From: Tubiluchus corallicola
Taxonomy: Eukaryota > Animalia > Priapulida
Assembly: GCA_030141605.1 (NCBI GenBank)
Contig: JAQGDQ010002396.1
Span: forward strand, 48,597-112,596
DNA length: 64,000 nt
Direction: 5' to 3'
This document shows positions 61,901-64,000 of this stretch, piece by piece. Made by a program: the position numbers and the translations under genes. Positions within the stretch are counted from its first letter, which is position 1. Each line of letters starts with the position of its first letter. A model generated the notes under the pieces. That model ran no database searches. It was not told where the DNA came from and saw only the letters and a list, made by a program, of their open reading frames with translations.

Positions 61901-62425
61901 GGAAAAGTATTCTGCCGTTTTAATGTAATACTGATCCGCATTGGCCCAGTGCAGCTTCACTTCCTCGCCATTGTATGGAATGGCAAAGGGAGCGGCCTTT
62001 CCGGCATTCTCTCGTGCATAGTAGCGCCGGGATATAAAATCCCCTTCGTCGTAATAGCGTTCAAAGAAGCGGTACAGATGGTCATACACGTCAGATTCAG
62101 CGGTAGCTCCGTCGCGCAGGGCATCCAGTGCCGCCTTGGCCTTTTTTACCGGTTCTGTCTCTTCGGGGTTTGGCGCTCCGAAGTCCTTGGCAGTTTGAAT
62201 GGCTTTTTCCACGGCAGCGGCGAGTTCAGCCTTTCTGCCTTCATCAACCTGCCCGAAAGCATCTTCAATAATCTGCAGGAGATCTCTATCTATGAAGGAT
62301 TTTACCTGTTGGGCCTTGGCCTGCATGATTCGATAAAATCCAAAATCAAGATCCGGCTGATCCAGCTGGAACAGCTCCGTAAGCTTGGCCATAAGCTTGT
62401 TTCTAAGTGTTTCTGTAGTAGGCAT
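58985..62425 (-). CDS. Type III Mod adenine DNA methyltransferase
   Basis: YIDPPYN precedes DYFSGSGTT (beta class); stop overlaps the res start (TAATG). Confidence 0.9.
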   Translation of the reverse strand: MPTTETLRNKLMAKLTELFQLDQPDLDFGFYRIMQAKAQQVKSFIDRDLLQIIEDAFGQVDEGRKAELAAAVEKAIQTAKDFGAPNPEETEPVKKAKAALDALRDGATAESDVYDHLYRFFERYYDEGDFISRRYYARENAGKAAPFAIPYNGEEVKLHWANADQYYIKTAEYFSNYSFDITQAAEIRKMSDGEKVLNGIPEKTLKMHFRIVDASEGEHGNVKAAEDKKRFFVLHEENPVEFNDADELVINFEYKALPGGKNNVDTEIEKALKEKFGKSLNKGDMPNLAIAEKVIEAASGLANAKEYLSTLGLHAPTDKISNRPLLAKYINQYTARNTCDYFIHKDLSGFLKRELDFYIKNEVMHLDDIENADAPAVENYLAKLKVIRKIATKLIDFLAQLEDFQKKLWLKKKFVTETNYCITLDRVKPDLFPEVASNDAQFAEWVKLGFTEEDEIEQIRELLNADLRFESEEEFKLEAEPNNQQSQIKNLKFLVLDTAFFNSDFKARLIASIEDFDEQCDGLLIHSENFQALNLLQERYREQVKCVYIDPPYNTSASEILYKNDYKHASWLSLIDNGLKSSKHLLSSSNGVFCGTIDDVEYKEFGLLVENLYKDLAGSVSIRIKPSGRPIPNGFAISHEYALFAKTNASYPIARLTHSDTQRARYREKDDKGVFFWELFRKAGSNSNRHNRPTMYYPFFLNKSTGGLRLPDMEYDEKSQAYLLKDALQKDEVSVFPVKDDGTDGCWYFGVERARKIESEFKAKEQDGVLRIYYRRRPNDGVQPTTLWEDSKYSATEHGTALLKSIFGTQEIFDYPKSIYAVFDCLSVAGVRDFSDALVIDYFSGSGTTAHATIKMNREDNGKRKFILVEMGNHFDNVLKPRITKVIYSSDWKGGKPTSRDTGISQCFKYIRLESYEDTLNNLVFDENPVRGKAIESNPSLKEDYMLRYLLNVETRGSQSLLNIDAFADPTAYALVVKKPGSDEQVKQHIDLIETFNYLLGLRLENMAAPQTFTASFTRKPDPELPEDQHTKLVVDGKIQQTADGKWWLRKLEGWVPADPMNPNNGQKERVLIVWRKLTGNLEEDNLMLDEWFEKYRISTRDFEYDTIYVNGSNNLPNLKKDDENWKVRLIEEEFHKKMWEVGGEA

Positions 62426-62444
62426 CTGGTTTACTCCTGACGAT

Positions 62445-64000
62445 TTACTTAACGATCCATCGAATCGTAAAAAGGGTCTCTGTTTCTGTTTTTTGCTCCA
62501 TTCGCATTGTCAATTGTTCGACCAGCGAATCCCGCTTTTCTGCAATTTCATCTTCAACATCAAAGATTTTCTGCTGCTGTCTGCGGCGCAAGGTTTCAAG
62601 CTTCTTCAATTCGGTCTGAAGCTCGGACTGTTCCTGCATGGTCGGAGCAAGTCTGACTTTTCGGCGAATATCTGCAATCTTGCGCTTGGTGTCATCCATC
62701 TCTTTGGCCGCCGCCTTTTCCATGTCCTCAGCCCACTTATCGAAGGTAACGACCTGATCCGAAAACCCTTGGTTATTCAGATGATTCAATAGCCAATCCT
62801 GAGTTCTCCGGGATTCGGTAAAAATGACGGCCTTGCGAGCTGCACCCATCTCTGTCATTTTCTGAAAACCGACATCGAGCGCCGTGAGCAAGGCTTTGGA
62901 TTTAGTATCGATCCCTATACTACGTGCCCATCCGATATATTGATCGATCTCGTTTATTTCATTACTGAGACGGGCAATATCGATTTTCTCTTCCAGAGCA
63001 GGTGGGTTGTTTTCCGGGATAATGTCACTAATATCATCCTCTTCATCTTCAAGCATTTCATCCAACAGATCTTCATCAATATCCGCCTGTTCGACTAATA
63101 GCTCAGAAACTGAACGGCCACTTTTCGCTTTTTCTAAAAGCCCAACTAATCGCTCGCTTATAATTTCAAGGGTACCGGCAAGTGCGGTCGGTGAAGATGC
63201 AAGCACTTTTCGAATCAGGAGAATCAAAAGGTGTTTTTGTCTGGCAGGAAAGGCATAGGTATCATCGCGCATCAAATATTTGGAGACAGCCTCATACAGC
63301 TTATGCTCCTGCTCGGTAGGTTTGAATGGTCGCGTGATCAGTTTACGTTCTGTATAGGGCACATACTCGGTAACTTGGCCTCGAAGCGTGCGCCAGCAAA
63401 AACCTTGAAGCCGGTCGCGAAGTCCGGAAACGTCCCCTCCATAATTGATGTACTGAGTTCTGAAAGACGCAAGATCTCCAAAAATGTTCTCATCTATAAG
63501 GGTTGAAAGACCGTAAAGTTCGAGAAGAGAGTTTTGTAGCGGAGTGGCGGTTAAGAGTAGTTTTTTCCTGTCTAATGTAGCTTGTCTGACAGCCTGACCA
63601 ATCCGGTTGCTTTCCCTATATGCGTTTCTTAGTTTGTGCGCTTCATCAATGACAACAAGGTTCCATGGGATGGCTCGAATGTCCATGGCCTTGCTGGCCA
63701 CAAAGTGCATTGAGCAAATAATGATTTTTCGCTCATCGAAAGGATTCGGATTGCCTGCTTTTTGTGAATCCCGATAGGTTTTGGCATCAAGGATCTGGCT
63801 GGGTAAATTGAATTTTTCCTCCAGCTCCACGGCCCACTGCTTACGAAGGGAGGCAGGACAAACGACCAATAGTTTTCGACAGTTTTCAGCCCAGCTTTGA
63901 CAGATCACCAGACCGGCCTCAATGGTTTTACCAAGACCGACTTCATCAGCCAGAAGAACGCCCTTGGATAGTGGAGATCTCAAAGCAAAGAGTGCCGCCT
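62445..64000 (-). CDS. SNF2-family helicase, 5'-truncated by the window and apparently internally deleted
   Basis: LADEVGLGKT, IDEAH, LTATPLQN and VIFTES motifs; motifs V/VI absent. Confidence 0.8.
   Translation of the reverse strand, partial: AALFALRSPLSKGVLLADEVGLGKTIEAGLVICQSWAENCRKLLVVCPASLRKQWAVELEEKFNLPSQILDAKTYRDSQKAGNPNPFDERKIIICSMHFVASKAMDIRAIPWNLVVIDEAHKLRNAYRESNRIGQAVRQATLDRKKLLLTATPLQNSLLELYGLSTLIDENIFGDLASFRTQYINYGGDVSGLRDRLQGFCWRTLRGQVTEYVPYTERKLITRPFKPTEQEHKLYEAVSKYLMRDDTYAFPARQKHLLILLIRKVLASSPTALAGTLEIISERLVGLLEKAKSGRSVSELLVEQADIDEDLLDEMLEDEEDDISDIIPENNPPALEEKIDIARLSNEINEIDQYIGWARSIGIDTKSKALLTALDVGFQKMTEMGAARKAVIFTESRRTQDWLLNHLNNQGFSDQVVTFDKWAEDMEKAAAKEMDDTKRKIADIRRKVRLAPTMQEQSELQTELKKLETLRRRQQQKIFDVEDEIAEKRDSLVEQLTMRMEQKTETETLFTIRWIVK

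Larger units (their letters stand above)
42237..64000 (-). mobile_element. Horizontally acquired defence island
   Basis: Visibly higher GC than the flanking genes, all genes co-oriented and tightly coupled, transposase at the edge. Confidence 0.7.

Overview
Bacterial chromosome window, most likely a low-GC alphaproteobacterium (inferred from hemE-hemH beside an origin-like intergenic region and the housekeeping gene set). Bases 1-33.7 kb and 36.5-42.1 kb are AT-rich core and metabolic genes: hemH/hemE, a probable oriC, pdxA, bioB, purB, aspartate aminotransferase, a PL14 lyase, a PIG-L/ABC/ArgH-like catabolic operon, PPi-PFK, two secreted proteins with a shared leader, a GlcNAc kinase/anmK-murQ-symporter locus, rubrerythrin and acs-DUF485-actP. 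Bases ~42.2-64 kb are a visibly more GC-rich, all-minus-strand defence island: SNF2 helicase (internally deleted), type III Mod, Res, RloC-like anticodon nuclease, SbcD, SbcC, DUF2779 nuclease, DUF6880-like protein, pRiA4b ORF-3, RhuM and an rve transposase. A second RloC-like copy at 33.9-36.1 kb is exactly one base short, and one extra base at an A8 / A-AAA-AAG slippery run restores it. A parS-like site lies at 36.3 kb. No rRNA, tRNA or CRISPR array was seen. All family calls come from motif recognition by eye; no searches were run.
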